Shown in pieces: positions 9,353 to 20,040 of a stretch of 58,954 nucleotides of DNA (the stretch's first letter is position 1; each line of letters begins with the position of its first letter). The stretch is from an uncultured Truepera sp. GTDB taxonomy: Bacteria; Deinococcota; Deinococci; Deinococcales; Trueperaceae. A program made the translations under genes and the position numbers. Location of the stretch: positions 510-59,463 of the forward strand of contig CADCWP010000001.1 in assembly GCA_902806425.1 (NCBI GenBank). Reading direction: 5' to 3'. Below the pieces are notes generated by a model. It did not search any database and was not told the DNA's origin. It saw only the letters and a program-made list of their open reading frames with translations.

Positions 9353-10024
9353 TTACGATTCGCCCTCAAAGGCTTTACGCCATACCTGGGCGTAGACGAA
9401 ACCGCCGCGAAAACTCTCCCGGCGGACGGGCTCGAGCCCGCACGCCCGCAAAAACGGCTCCGGTGGTACCAGCGTCTTTGCCGGGAGCGCGGTCTGCGCG
9501 CGAAAAAAAGTGTACATGAGCGCCACGAGCGTGCGGCTGTAGAGGCGCGCCCGGCGGGTAGGCAGGGTGTGAGGCGCGGCGAAGTCGGCGACGAGCCAGC
9601 GGCCCCCCGGCTTGAGGCTGCGGCTAATCTTGGCGGTGAGCGGTCCTAACATCTCTTCAGGGAATACGTCGAGAAAGAAGGCCGTCGCCACGGCGTCGTA
9701 GTGCGCGCTCGGCAGCGGCGCAGTGAGGGCGTCTCGGTGCCACCAGCTCACGCGCGCCTCCGCGTCCGGCAGCCGCGCCTGCACCCTCTTCTGCGCGCGC
9801 CCGAGCATCCCGGTGCTGCTGTCCAGAACGGTTACGTGGGCGCGGGGCAGCCGCGCGAGCAGCGACAGCAGAAAGCGCCCATCGCCCTCGCCCAGAATCA
9901 GGATGGTGTCGGCCTCCTCAAGAGCGCACAGACAGGCGTTTCGCGCGCGCGTCAAAAGGTCTCCGAATACGGTGCGCTCGAGCCCTTCGTAGGCATAGGC
10001 CAAGCGCCCGAAACCGTCCGCCAT
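9353..10024 (-). CDS. Class I SAM-dependent methyltransferase
   Basis: Start moved to ATG 10024 (MADGFGRLAYAYEGLER), TGATG overlap with upstream gene; motif I ILILGEGDGRF, VLDSS, YDAVATAFFLD, LKPGGRWLVADF. Confidence 0.88.
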   Translation of the reverse strand: MADGFGRLAYAYEGLERTVFGDLLTRARNACLCALEEADTILILGEGDGRFLLSLLARLPRAHVTVLDSSTGMLGRAQKRVQARLPDAEARVSWWHRDALTAPLPSAHYDAVATAFFLDVFPEEMLGPLTAKISRSLKPGGRWLVADFAAPHTLPTRRARLYSRTLVALMYTFFRAQTALPAKTLVPPEPFLRACGLEPVRRESFRGGFVYAQVWRKAFEGES

Positions 10025-10890
10025 CAGCTGAAGGGAAGCGCCAAAAGCGGCGTCAGCAGCGCGGCGTCCGCCAGCACCCGCCGCGCCGCTGGACCGAGCG
10101 CGCCCAGGTAGCCGCAGCCGTAGAGCAGCAGCGCGCTCCCTCCGAGAGCGAAAAAAAGTGGTGAGTGGGTTGTGGAGCCCACACCCAACCCGCACCCGGC
10201 GAGCCCTAGTGTCATCCCGCCAAGCTGCGCGGCGACGTAAGGGGTACGTGCGGCGAAGGGGACGGGCTCGTGGTCGAGGTCGCCCTCCCAGCGGGCGATG
10301 AGCGCACAGTTGAGAAAGATGAGAACGGCGAAGAGGACCGCAAAGGTGGCGAGCGGAATGAGCGGCGCACCATTTAGGCCCGGCAAAAACGCGACGCCGA
10401 GTGCAAAGAAGAGGCCGATCTGCGTCTCTTTGGGGTGGGCTGCCGGGTCCGACGCGTGACGACTTAAAAAGTAGCCGAGCATAAGGCTCGCCAAAAGTCC
10501 GGCGGCGAAAAGTTCGGGCCGCGTCAAGACGATAAATCCACCGCCAAGCGCCCCTACGCTCACACCTGACCAGACCCCGAGCACGGCGCGGCGGTGCCGA
10601 ACGTAGAAACGGTGGCGCTCGGTGCGGGCGTGCTCGCCCAGCTCGAGCCCATCGAGCCAGCGGTCGGCGCTGTAGATAAGCCACACCGCGACGCCCAGAA
10701 GCGCGCTGTGTGGCCAGGCCAGCGTCGCCCCCAGGCTGCGGCTCAGCAGCAGCTGCCACACCACCGCGATCAGCGGCGCGTCGAGCGACACCACGCTCGG
10801 AAGTTCCCAGTAAGGGGTCTGCCGGGGCCTGTTCGCGCGGGTGGCGTTCTGCTCAGCAGCGTTGGCAGAGGGGTGGGTAGACGGCCTCAC
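10024..10890 (-). CDS. Polytopic membrane protein, UbiA prenyltransferase-like
   Basis: About 8 hydrophobic segments; WLIYSADRWLD resembles the first UbiA Asp-rich motif; KE and NC..IA.WE..D motifs; start uncertain (GTG 10890 chosen, 6 nt after TATAAA). Confidence 0.65.
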   Translation of the reverse strand: MRPSTHPSANAAEQNATRANRPRQTPYWELPSVVSLDAPLIAVVWQLLLSRSLGATLAWPHSALLGVAVWLIYSADRWLDGLELGEHARTERHRFYVRHRRAVLGVWSGVSVGALGGGFIVLTRPELFAAGLLASLMLGYFLSRHASDPAAHPKETQIGLFFALGVAFLPGLNGAPLIPLATFAVLFAVLIFLNCALIARWEGDLDHEPVPFAARTPYVAAQLGGMTLGLAGCGLGVGSTTHSPLFFALGGSALLLYGCGYLGALGPAARRVLADAALLTPLLALPFS

Positions 10891-10953
10891 CCGCCCTTTA
10901 TACCCAAGCCTGACAAACGCGCGCACCACGGATGCTACACTCGCTCTCGGCCG

Positions 10954-11577
10954 ATGCGTTATCTTTCCCTTATTCGCCACGCCGCCACCTTTTGGAACCA
11001 CGAAGGGCGGGTTCAAGGTCAGCGCGACGTACCCCTCTCCGCCGCCGGGGTAGCGCAAGCTCACGCCCTCGGCAGGCGCTTCGCCGGAACCGAGGTCGTT
11101 TTATACACGAGCCCGCTCGGACGCGCCCAAGAAACCGCCGCGCTCGCCTTTCCGGGCCAAACGGCGACCCCGGACGCGCGGCTTAAAGAACTGAACTTCG
11201 GGGTTTTCGAAGGACACACGCTCTCTGAGCGGCTCGAGTTGCAGGCGTGGCGGACCTGGTCCGCCGACCCGTTTTTTACCCCGGCCCCGGGGGGTGAGTC
11301 GTACCGTGAGCTGCGGGAGCGTGCGGTGGCGTGGCTTGACGGCCTTCACGACGCGCCGCACGTCGTCGCGGTTACGCACTCCGGCACGATTCAGATGCTG
11401 CTCTCACACGCCCTTGGGCTCGATAGGCCCCGCTGGCGCAAGCGCTTCTATCTGGGTCATGCGAGCGTCACCGGCCTCGTTTTAGACGGCCATGAGATCT
11501 TCATCGAGCGGGTCAACGACACTCAGCATGTGCAAAATCCAGTTCCCGTTGTGGAAGAGGTGTTGCTTGAGCCCTGA
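10954..11577 (+). CDS. Histidine phosphatase (phosphoglycerate mutase-like) family protein
   Basis: LIRHAAT..QGQRDVPLS, TSPLGRAQETA, LKELNFGVFEG, PGGES, VTHSG; start moved to ATG 10954. Confidence 0.9.
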   Translation: MRYLSLIRHAATFWNHEGRVQGQRDVPLSAAGVAQAHALGRRFAGTEVVLYTSPLGRAQETAALAFPGQTATPDARLKELNFGVFEGHTLSERLELQAWRTWSADPFFTPAPGGESYRELRERAVAWLDGLHDAPHVVAVTHSGTIQMLLSHALGLDRPRWRKRFYLGHASVTGLVLDGHEIFIERVNDTQHVQNPVPVVEEVLLEP

Positions 11578-12259
11578 CCCGGTCACGTTCCGGGTCGAGA
11601 CACCGAGCTTTAGCGGCACGCTTGGCGAGTTGGCGCACGCCCTCAGGGGGGGCCGCCTCAGCCCCGCTGAGACCGACGTGTCAGCGCTTGTGCAGAGGTA
11701 TCTGGACTTTTACCGCAGGGTATCGGCTTACGACTTCGAAGGGGCTACCGAAACGCTCCCCGGTTTGGCCCGCATCATCGAACTCAAACTCAGGCTCCTG
11801 CTGCCGCAACCGCCCAAAACGTCCGAAGAGGTCGAGGAAGAGGTTTTAGAAACGGTTTTGGCCTTAGAGGCATTTGAAGAGGTGATCCATTTTCTGCGCG
11901 AACGCCGGGAGGTGCGGCGGTACCTGCTTCCGGCGCAGGCTCCGCGCCCGACCTATCCGCGCCGCGCGAGACCGCTCACGCATGAGCTCGGACGCCTTAC
12001 CCAACTCGCCAGCCGACACCGCGCCGCGCACTACTTCGAGCTTGCCGTAGAACGCCTGACCCTGACCGCGGCTATGACGATCCTGCGCGCTGGACTGAGG
12101 CGCTTCGGGCGTGGCAGCTTACAGGCGCTGATGGAGGCGCGGGACTGGCCTACAGTAACGGTCGCGTTCGGGGCGATGCTGGAGATGGTTAAAGAAGGTG
12201 AGGTGCGGGCGGTACAGGCGGCAATTTATGACGCAATTGAACTAGAAGGCAGAGCTTAG
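11567..12259 (+). CDS. scpA: Segregation and condensation protein A (kleisin)
   Basis: FSGTLGELAHAL, IELKLRLLLP, C-terminal FGAMLEMVKEGEV..Q..IYDAI; TTG start after GAGG RBS, overlapping upstream gene. Confidence 0.75.
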   Translation: MSPDPVTFRVETPSFSGTLGELAHALRGGRLSPAETDVSALVQRYLDFYRRVSAYDFEGATETLPGLARIIELKLRLLLPQPPKTSEEVEEEVLETVLALEAFEEVIHFLRERREVRRYLLPAQAPRPTYPRRARPLTHELGRLTQLASRHRAAHYFELAVERLTLTAAMTILRAGLRRFGRGSLQALMEARDWPTVTVAFGAMLEMVKEGEVRAVQAAIYDAIELEGRA

Positions 12260-12533
12260 CCAAAACATTTGCATTAAAAGTCAGCATTTAGGGCGGACGT
12301 TCTTTGCTCAGCATAAAGCGTAGAGAAGTTCGGACTTTACTGGAGCTTCACGTTGCCGTGTGTGTGCCAAAAAGACCAGATAACGCCTTCCGCAAGGATG
12401 GCTACGAAGATCTATCCAAGTATAGGCGAGTTGCCGAAAAGTACGATGAGACAAAATACGATGATTAAAACGCGCACAAAGCACTTTTACGTGTATGCGC
12501 AGTTTACTGTCAGGCATGTTTTACTTGTCAAAA

Positions 12534-12570
12534 AGTAAAAAGAGCGGACGTCAGAGCCGCTCTTTTTACT
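12534..12570. terminator. Bidirectional intrinsic terminator between scpA and typA
   Basis: AGTAAAAAGAGCGG-N9-CCGCTCTTTTTACT perfect 14-bp inverted repeat with A/T tracts. Confidence 0.85.
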
Positions 12571-12590
12571 GTCGATGCTTTCAGTCAGGC

Positions 12591-14396
<1,806 letters not shown>

Positions 14397-14719
14397 AAGG
14401 GTCCTTTGGGTATGGCAGATTAAGACGGTAGTGCGGTGTGGGTTCGGTAAAGGGCCGCACGAAACACCTTTGCGGCTGTACAAGGAGCAGTATACATGTA
14501 TACCCGACCACGCGTCAGTTTCAGCAATACGGGCGGATTAAAAATCGGTCGCTGCGTAAGGCTTGGGCGTGGCTGCTAACTGATTTGCGGTCCGGCTAGA
14601 ATGAAGAGACCGTTGACAAACTAAAAGGCTTTGGAGCCGACTGAGCAGCGTCACCATGGCTAAGTAAGAGGTGCCTCTCGAGTACCTGTATCTCTGCCCG
14701 AGTGCCGTTCGCTACAGCA

Positions 14720-14744
14720 TAAATAAAGCGCCTAAGAGGCGCTT
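14720..14744 (-). terminator. Probable terminator of the fasciclin gene
   Basis: AAGCGCCT-aag-AGGCGCTT hairpin followed by TATTTAT on the minus strand. Confidence 0.5.
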
Positions 14745-14777
14745 AGAAACAGCCTTAGAAAACGACGTTTGCCGAAG

Positions 14778-15674
14778 TTACTGACCGACCTCACCGCAGG
14801 CGACGACCGTAGGGTCGTCCGCAGAGAGGCCTACAGCTAGAGCGTGGTCACCACTGACGATAGCTTCAAAAGTAGGGTCTGTAACGGTGGTGCTGAAGCC
14901 GAGATCACCGGAGACGGCCTCGAGTTCCGCTACCGGGTCGCCGCTGAAGGCGTCGCCCAAAAGCATCTCACAGCTGCCCGCGTAGAGCGCCGCCGGGTGC
15001 TCGCCGCCCGCGGGCGTCCCGCTGAGCGATACGGTGACGACGGCGCGCTCCCCTTCATATTCGGCCACCAAAACCGATCCTGCCACGCCGCTGCCGCCAA
15101 CCTCGGCGAGCTCAAAGCGCTCACTAGCTCTAGCGGAGCCCGCGTAGAGTGTGTTCTCTGGAGCTAGTTCGTCCTCTGCGGCGGCCTCGTCGGGCGGGGT
15201 CAGCACGGTGTCGATGGCGAAGACGACGCCGTTAGACGCGAGGAGGTCTATTGCCGTGACCGCTGCGTCGCCGACGCCTGCGGAGGTGATAGGCAGGTCG
15301 CTGCCCGCAAGGGTCGTAAAGCCCGTCATGTCCTCGGTAATGTCGGCGGTTGTAAAACTTCCTGGGACGACGTGGTAGCTCAGCACGCGCGAGAGCGCCT
15401 CGCGGTCGGCGAGCAGCGCACTCAGCTCGGCGTCGGAAAGTTTGGCGAAGGCGTCGTTCGTCGGGGCAAAGACGGTGTAGGGGCCGGTGCCCTGGAGTGT
15501 TTCGGTAAGCCCAGCCGCGTCTAAAGCGTTCAGCAAGGTGCTGAAGTCGGGCGTGCTGGCGGCGACATCGACGACCGTTTCTTCTTGAGCGACGGCAAAG
15601 CTCAGGCTGATGAGTAGCAAGCTGGCGAGCAGCGCGTGGATGCGCCGCGTAGCGGAAACGGCCGGACGAGTCAC
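14778..15674 (-). CDS. Secreted fasciclin (FAS1) domain protein with C-terminal Cu/Zn-SOD-like domain
   Basis: GGAGG RBS before GTG 15674; signal peptide; FAS1 motifs TVFAPTNDAF, LSYHVV, ASNGVVFAIDTVL; C-terminal SGVAG..HPAALYAGSC..VVACG. Confidence 0.85.
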   Translation of the reverse strand: MTRPAVSATRRIHALLASLLLISLSFAVAQEETVVDVAASTPDFSTLLNALDAAGLTETLQGTGPYTVFAPTNDAFAKLSDAELSALLADREALSRVLSYHVVPGSFTTADITEDMTGFTTLAGSDLPITSAGVGDAAVTAIDLLASNGVVFAIDTVLTPPDEAAAEDELAPENTLYAGSARASERFELAEVGGSGVAGSVLVAEYEGERAVVTVSLSGTPAGGEHPAALYAGSCEMLLGDAFSGDPVAELEAVSGDLGFSTTVTDPTFEAIVSGDHALAVGLSADDPTVVACGEVGQ

Positions 15675-15901
15675 AGCGGACCTCCTGGGGTACGACCGCG
15701 CCGAGGTGGGCGCGGCGCTTTGTCCTATTATGCCAAACGTTATGCGGAAAGCGCACCCTTTTGCACGCCCTGATCTATAGGCTGTAGCCACGCGCCTCCG
15801 GTGAACCCGTGTCAATCAGCCTACACGCGGGCAAACTCGAGGCTGATACCTTACCAGGTGAAAAAAGCGAGTACAGCTGTACTCGCGCTCTAGGAGGCGC
15901 A

Positions 15902-16207
15902 ATGTCGACGACTGCTACAGGCAGCACATTTGCTTTAGAAGACGATGTAGGTGAGACGCTCGTCATGTACACGACGTCCTGGTGTGGCGACTGTCTGGTG
16001 ACCAAAAAGGCTTTGGCGAAGCTTGAAGTTCCTTTTCACGAGGTCAACATCGAAGAGAACCCCGAGGCGGCGGCCTTGGTCATGCGGGTTAACGGAGGTC
16101 GGCGCAGCGTTCCGACGCTCGTTTATAACGGCGACGCGGCCAGCCTGTCGAACTTCAGCCGCGCCAAGCTCGACACCTTCTTGTCCCGTCATCAGCTGCT
16201 GGGTTGA
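15902..16207 (+). CDS. Glutaredoxin-like (NrdH/mycoredoxin-type) protein
   Basis: MYTTSWCGDC redox motif, VNGGRRSVPT cis-Pro loop; AGGAGG RBS before ATG 15902. Confidence 0.88.
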   Translation: MSTTATGSTFALEDDVGETLVMYTTSWCGDCLVTKKALAKLEVPFHEVNIEENPEAAALVMRVNGGRRSVPTLVYNGDAASLSNFSRAKLDTFLSRHQLLG

Positions 16208-16406
16208 CCCATTCGTTGAGGTGGGGCTGAGCACTGAGAGAAGGAATTCAGGAGGCGTTGGTCCTGAGTCCAACTCGCTTACCTTCGTTCTAGAGTGCAC
16301 AGGTAGGTTGTGAGGGGCGTTGCTTGGCCTCGCCGACTCTGTAATGTCAACCAACAGTATCATCCATCCATAGTGCGCCGTGAGAGCCGCGTGCTAGATT
16401 GAGAGG

Positions 16407-17153
16407 GTGAAAGCCACCTCCCCCGTACCCTCTTCCGGACGAGCTTCAGGGCAAGCTCCGGAGGAGGGAAAGTCAGCGCAGGTGCAGGCGATGTTCGCTT
16501 CTATCGCACGGCGCTACGACCTGCTCAACCGGGTCCTGAGCTTGGGCCTCGACGGGCGTTGGCGCGAGGAGGCGGCGCGAGCGGTCTTTGGGGGTGGCGC
16601 GAAGCGTGTTCTGGACGTGGCGACGGGAACCGCCGACCTCGCCCTAGCACTTAAACGGCACCGCCCCGACGCCGAGATCGTCGGTGTCGATTTCGTCGAG
16701 GCGATGCTCGAGATCGGTCGCCACAAGGCCCGGCGGCGTGGTGTGACGCTGCGCCTCGAGCAAGGTGACGGCCTCGACTTGCCCTACCGGGACGCTTCTT
16801 TCGACGCCGTGACGGTCGCCTACGGCCTTCGCAACTTCGCCGACGTTGACCGCGGGCTGCGCGAGTTTTACCGGGTGCTGAGACCGGGCGGCAGGGTAGT
16901 GGTGCTCGAGTTTCCGCCGCCTCCCAAAGGGATGCTCGGTGCGCCCTTCCGCTTTTACTTTTTGCGGGTTCTGCCGCGCGTCGGGGGCCTGATCTCGGGC
17001 CAGGAGAGCGCCTACAGCTACCTGCCCGACTCCGTACTTAAGTTTCCGCCGCCTGCTGAACTCGCGCGGCGGTTGGGGGCCGCCGGTTTTACCGAGGTAC
17101 ATTACAAGTTACAAACTTTCGGCGTTTCAGCGCTGCACATCGGTGTAAAATGA
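16407..17153 (+). CDS. menG: Demethylmenaquinone methyltransferase (UbiE/MenG family)
   Basis: VQAMFASIARRYDLLNRVLS, LDVATGTADLA, YGLRNF, RVLRPGG, AYSYLPDSV. Confidence 0.92.
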   Translation: MKATSPVPSSGRASGQAPEEGKSAQVQAMFASIARRYDLLNRVLSLGLDGRWREEAARAVFGGGAKRVLDVATGTADLALALKRHRPDAEIVGVDFVEAMLEIGRHKARRRGVTLRLEQGDGLDLPYRDASFDAVTVAYGLRNFADVDRGLREFYRVLRPGGRVVVLEFPPPPKGMLGAPFRFYFLRVLPRVGGLISGQESAYSYLPDSVLKFPPPAELARRLGAAGFTEVHYKLQTFGVSALHIGVK

Positions 17154-17207
17154 GCCGTGAAGAGGTGTTGGTGAAATCCTACTCGCTAAAAACTCAGGGG
17201 AGAGACC

Positions 17208-17789
17208 TTGACCAGCCCCAGCTTTGAAGTCAATACCGACGTCGAGTTTATCGACCCTGATTGGGACGAGTTCACGGCGCTCCACGAGCAGCGTTACGGC
17301 CTTGCCATCGCCTACCTCAAGGGCGCGGTCAAGGGCACGTCACACAGCAACGAGGTAATGAAGCTCGTCGTCGGTGAGGCCGGATTTTACACGCAGTCGA
17401 AAAACTTTCCGGGTGCGTTTTACGGTGATCTGGGCGCAGCCGAGCTGACTTGGCTTTCAGTGGAGGAGGCGCAGGCGATCACCTGGGAGGCGATGGCCCT
17501 CTACCGGGCGGGCGAAGCGCAGTCGTTGACGGCGATCTACAGCAGCGTGCCGTCGGACGTGTTTTTCGGCTACCGCATCGGCGACGGCGAGCGCTACGAA
17601 CTTGGTCAGCCGAAAGCGAGTCTGCCGCTGCACCTGAGGGTGATGGTCGACGCGCCGGGAACAACCGAGCTGCTGGGTCAAGCCAAAGGCATTTTGCTCT
17701 ATCAGCGCACCGAAGGGGGCGCGCACCTGCTGCTGCGCGCCCCCGGACGGCGGCAGCCTTTCCCGCTTCTGGACGGCTTTCCGGAGTAA
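17208..17789 (+). CDS. Hypothetical protein
   Basis: 193-aa ORF with gene-like codon usage, GGGAGA RBS before TTG, operonic with neighbours; no motif recognised. Confidence 0.75.
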   Translation: MTSPSFEVNTDVEFIDPDWDEFTALHEQRYGLAIAYLKGAVKGTSHSNEVMKLVVGEAGFYTQSKNFPGAFYGDLGAAELTWLSVEEAQAITWEAMALYRAGEAQSLTAIYSSVPSDVFFGYRIGDGERYELGQPKASLPLHLRVMVDAPGTTELLGQAKGILLYQRTEGGAHLLLRAPGRRQPFPLLDGFPE

Positions 17790-17792
17790 TGC

Positions 17793-18527
17793 TTGCATCC
17801 CGGCAGCTATAGGGGTGGTGACCACATTGACCTCATCGTGGTCGGGGCGGGGCTCAGCGGGAGCGAGGCGGCGCTAGCCTGCGCGCGCGGCGGTCTTGGG
17901 GTGCTGCTCGTCACCACCAGCCTCGACACGGTCTACAACTTGGTCGGTGAGGCGGTCCCACTGACGCCTCCGCCCGGAACCCTGATGGCCGAACTGTGCG
18001 GGGGACGGACGGTTACCACCTTCGAGCTGCACCGCCGCGCCAAAGCCGCTTTGGAGGGGCATCCCAACCTCCACCTGTTGCAGTCGAGCGTCTCCGGCTT
18101 GCTCGCTAGGGACGCTCAGGTCGTTGGCGTTTCGACGTGGGAGGGTGTAGACCGGTTTGCGCCGCGCGTCGCGCTCTGCGCCGGGAGCTTTTTGCGGGCG
18201 CGCTTGAGGGTCGGCGAGCTTACTGAAACGTCGGGACGGCTTTCGGAAATGGCGTACGACGACCTTTACGATGACCTCGCCGCGCGCGGCTTTACGTTTG
18301 AAGAGGCCAGGCTCGAGGCCCCGCCCAGCCGCGGCGCACCCCCGTACGCCGTGACCTGTCGGCGCTTCAGCGACGCCGAGTGGGACGCCGGGACGTTTGT
18401 ACTCCCGCGCCTGCCTGGACTCTACGCCGCTGGGGTCTGCGCGTCGGGAGGGCTCACCTATGAAGACGCCGCCGTGCAAGGTCAGCGGTTGGCCGAGGCG
18501 CTGCTGGCTGCGGTAAGGGTCAGGTGA
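17793..18527 (+). CDS. Small GidA-like FAD-dependent oxidoreductase
   Basis: Rossmann VVGAGLSGSEAA, VSTWEG, AGSFL.ARL, GRLSEMAYDDLY, LPGLYAAG; much shorter than full MnmG. Confidence 0.85.
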   Translation: MHPGSYRGGDHIDLIVVGAGLSGSEAALACARGGLGVLLVTTSLDTVYNLVGEAVPLTPPPGTLMAELCGGRTVTTFELHRRAKAALEGHPNLHLLQSSVSGLLARDAQVVGVSTWEGVDRFAPRVALCAGSFLRARLRVGELTETSGRLSEMAYDDLYDDLAARGFTFEEARLEAPPSRGAPPYAVTCRRFSDAEWDAGTFVLPRLPGLYAAGVCASGGLTYEDAAVQGQRLAEALLAAVRVR

Positions 18528-19071
18528 ACCGTGCTGAAAACCAGGCTACAAAAGCCAGTAGCAGGAGCGGCAGCGCGTAGATGAAAAGCGCATAGAACGT
18601 CACGATTCGGTGCGCCGGACGCTCTAAAAAGACCTTCAGGCCCGCCTGCAAGACGACGAGGTGCCAGACGAGTACCCCGGTAAGGGTAAGGGCGAGGGCC
18701 GGAACCGGAAAGACCCACAACGGCACCAGCATCGACACGCTCCCGAAAAGTGCGGGCGTCCAGCTCCAACCTGAAACCTCCCAGGCTCGCCCCTCGAGCG
18801 CGCCCGGACGCTGCACAAAAACGCTGCCAAAGGCCCAGGCATAGAGAAAAAGTGCGCTCGAGCCCGTTACGGAAAACGCGGCCAGCGGAAGATAGGCGTC
18901 CGAGTCCGTGGCTTTGGCAAAGCCGAGCGCACAGGCCAGTCCCAGCATTGTGAGGCTGCCGTAGGCTACCAGGCCACCCCGCGCGGTGCGGGTAGGACGG
19001 AGCTCGAGCCATCTAAAAAAGCGCTCCGGTGACGAAGCCGCCGTCCACAGCGAGGTCAACAGCCCCCTCAC
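18520..19071 (-). CDS. Membrane protein (Yip1-like topology)
   Basis: N-terminal SPERFF motif and about 5 TM segments; GTGA overlap with mqnD stop. Confidence 0.7.
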   Translation of the reverse strand: MRGLLTSLWTAASSPERFFRWLELRPTRTARGGLVAYGSLTMLGLACALGFAKATDSDAYLPLAAFSVTGSSALFLYAWAFGSVFVQRPGALEGRAWEVSGWSWTPALFGSVSMLVPLWVFPVPALALTLTGVLVWHLVVLQAGLKVFLERPAHRIVTFYALFIYALPLLLLAFVAWFSARFT

Positions 19072-19886
19072 GCGCCGAAAAAAAGCGGTTCTCGGACGTC
19101 CGGAACCAGCCCCCGCGCACGCCCCCGCCGGTAAAGTTCGGTCACGGCCCGTTCCCCTGTCTCACCGACATCGAAAGACAGTTCGTTTACGTAGAGGTCG
19201 ATGTGCCGCTGCATCACCGTCTCATCCATCTCCTGCGCGTGCTCGGCGATGTAAGGCTGCGCCTCGGCGCGGTGCGCGTAGCCGTAGTGCAAACTCTCGC
19301 GGATGGCAGCGTCAAGTCGCGCGAGCGTTTCGGCCCCGAGAGACCGCTTCGCCATAATGCCGCCCAAGGGCAGCGGCAGCCCGGTTTCAGCCTCCCACCA
19401 GGCACCCAAATCGAGGTGTTTGACAAGGCCGTAGTCGGGGAATGTAAAGCGCGACTCATGGATGATGAGCCCTGCGTCGGCCTCACCGGCGGCGACGGCG
19501 GGCATGATGCGGTCGTAGCGCAGTTCGGTAACCTCAAGGTCGTCTGGTTGTGACAATTTGAGGAGTAGGTTGGCCGTGGTCAACCCGCCCGGAATCGCTA
19601 CCCGGAGGCCGGAAAGGGTCCTCAAGGGACCTTTGGAGACGATAAGCGGCCCCACGCCAAACCCGAGCGCGCCGCCGGAGCGGAGCATGACGTAGTTCTG
19701 GGTCAGATGGGAAAAGGCGTGGTAGCTCACCTTGCTAGCGGGAAGCGTCCCCTCCCTCGCCAGCTGATTGAGCGTTTCAACGTCCCCCAATCGCACCTGC
19801 ACGTCTAGACCTGCGGCTACCCGTCCATGCGCGAGCGCGTAGAAGATAAAACAGTCGTTGGGACAGGGGGAATAACCTAAAACCAT
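19068..19886 (-). CDS. mqnD: 1,4-dihydroxy-6-naphthoate synthase (futalosine menaquinone pathway)
   Basis: LGYSPCPND, DVETLN, GGALG.G.GP, IIHESRFT, LPLPLG, HIDLYVN; start ATG 19886, 7 nt after TAGACT. Confidence 0.93.
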   Translation of the reverse strand: MVLGYSPCPNDCFIFYALAHGRVAAGLDVQVRLGDVETLNQLAREGTLPASKVSYHAFSHLTQNYVMLRSGGALGFGVGPLIVSKGPLRTLSGLRVAIPGGLTTANLLLKLSQPDDLEVTELRYDRIMPAVAAGEADAGLIIHESRFTFPDYGLVKHLDLGAWWEAETGLPLPLGGIMAKRSLGAETLARLDAAIRESLHYGYAHRAEAQPYIAEHAQEMDETVMQRHIDLYVNELSFDVGETGERAVTELYRRGRARGLVPDVREPLFFGA

Positions 19887-19956
19887 GTATGTAAGTCTAA
19901 GCCCGCGCTGCCGCAAGCTGCGAATCCCAGCTGCTCGGAGCGCGTCAGCTGACGCG

Positions 19957-19985
19957 TTGCCCCGAGCGGAGATTTTTGCTACACT
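19957..19985 (+). promoter_or_regulatory. Sigma70-type promoter of infC-rpmI-rplT
   Basis: TTGCCC-17 nt-TACACT with TG extension. Confidence 0.6.
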
Positions 19986-20040
19986 TGAACGCTGTACATG
20001 GCGATACACGCTGGCGTACAAGTTTTTGGAGGTGAAGTTC

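Noticed and set aside
10025-10759. N-terminal 245 aa of the 468-aa ORF 9353..10759
   Set aside because: Arg-rich shadow frame over the membrane-protein gene; the methyltransferase starts at the TGATG overlap (10024).
10594-10953. N-terminal extension of ORF 10594..11577
   Set aside because: Antisense to the membrane gene; the phosphatase family begins at MRYLSLIRH (10954).
12260-12530. AT-richer spacer with short ORFs (12308..12517, 12353..12538)
   Set aside because: No RBS, motif, repeat or structure recognised.
14397-14483. Extended TTG start of typA
   Set aside because: TTG is only 5 nt from the -10 box and the extension is not TypA-like; the family N-terminus begins at 14396.
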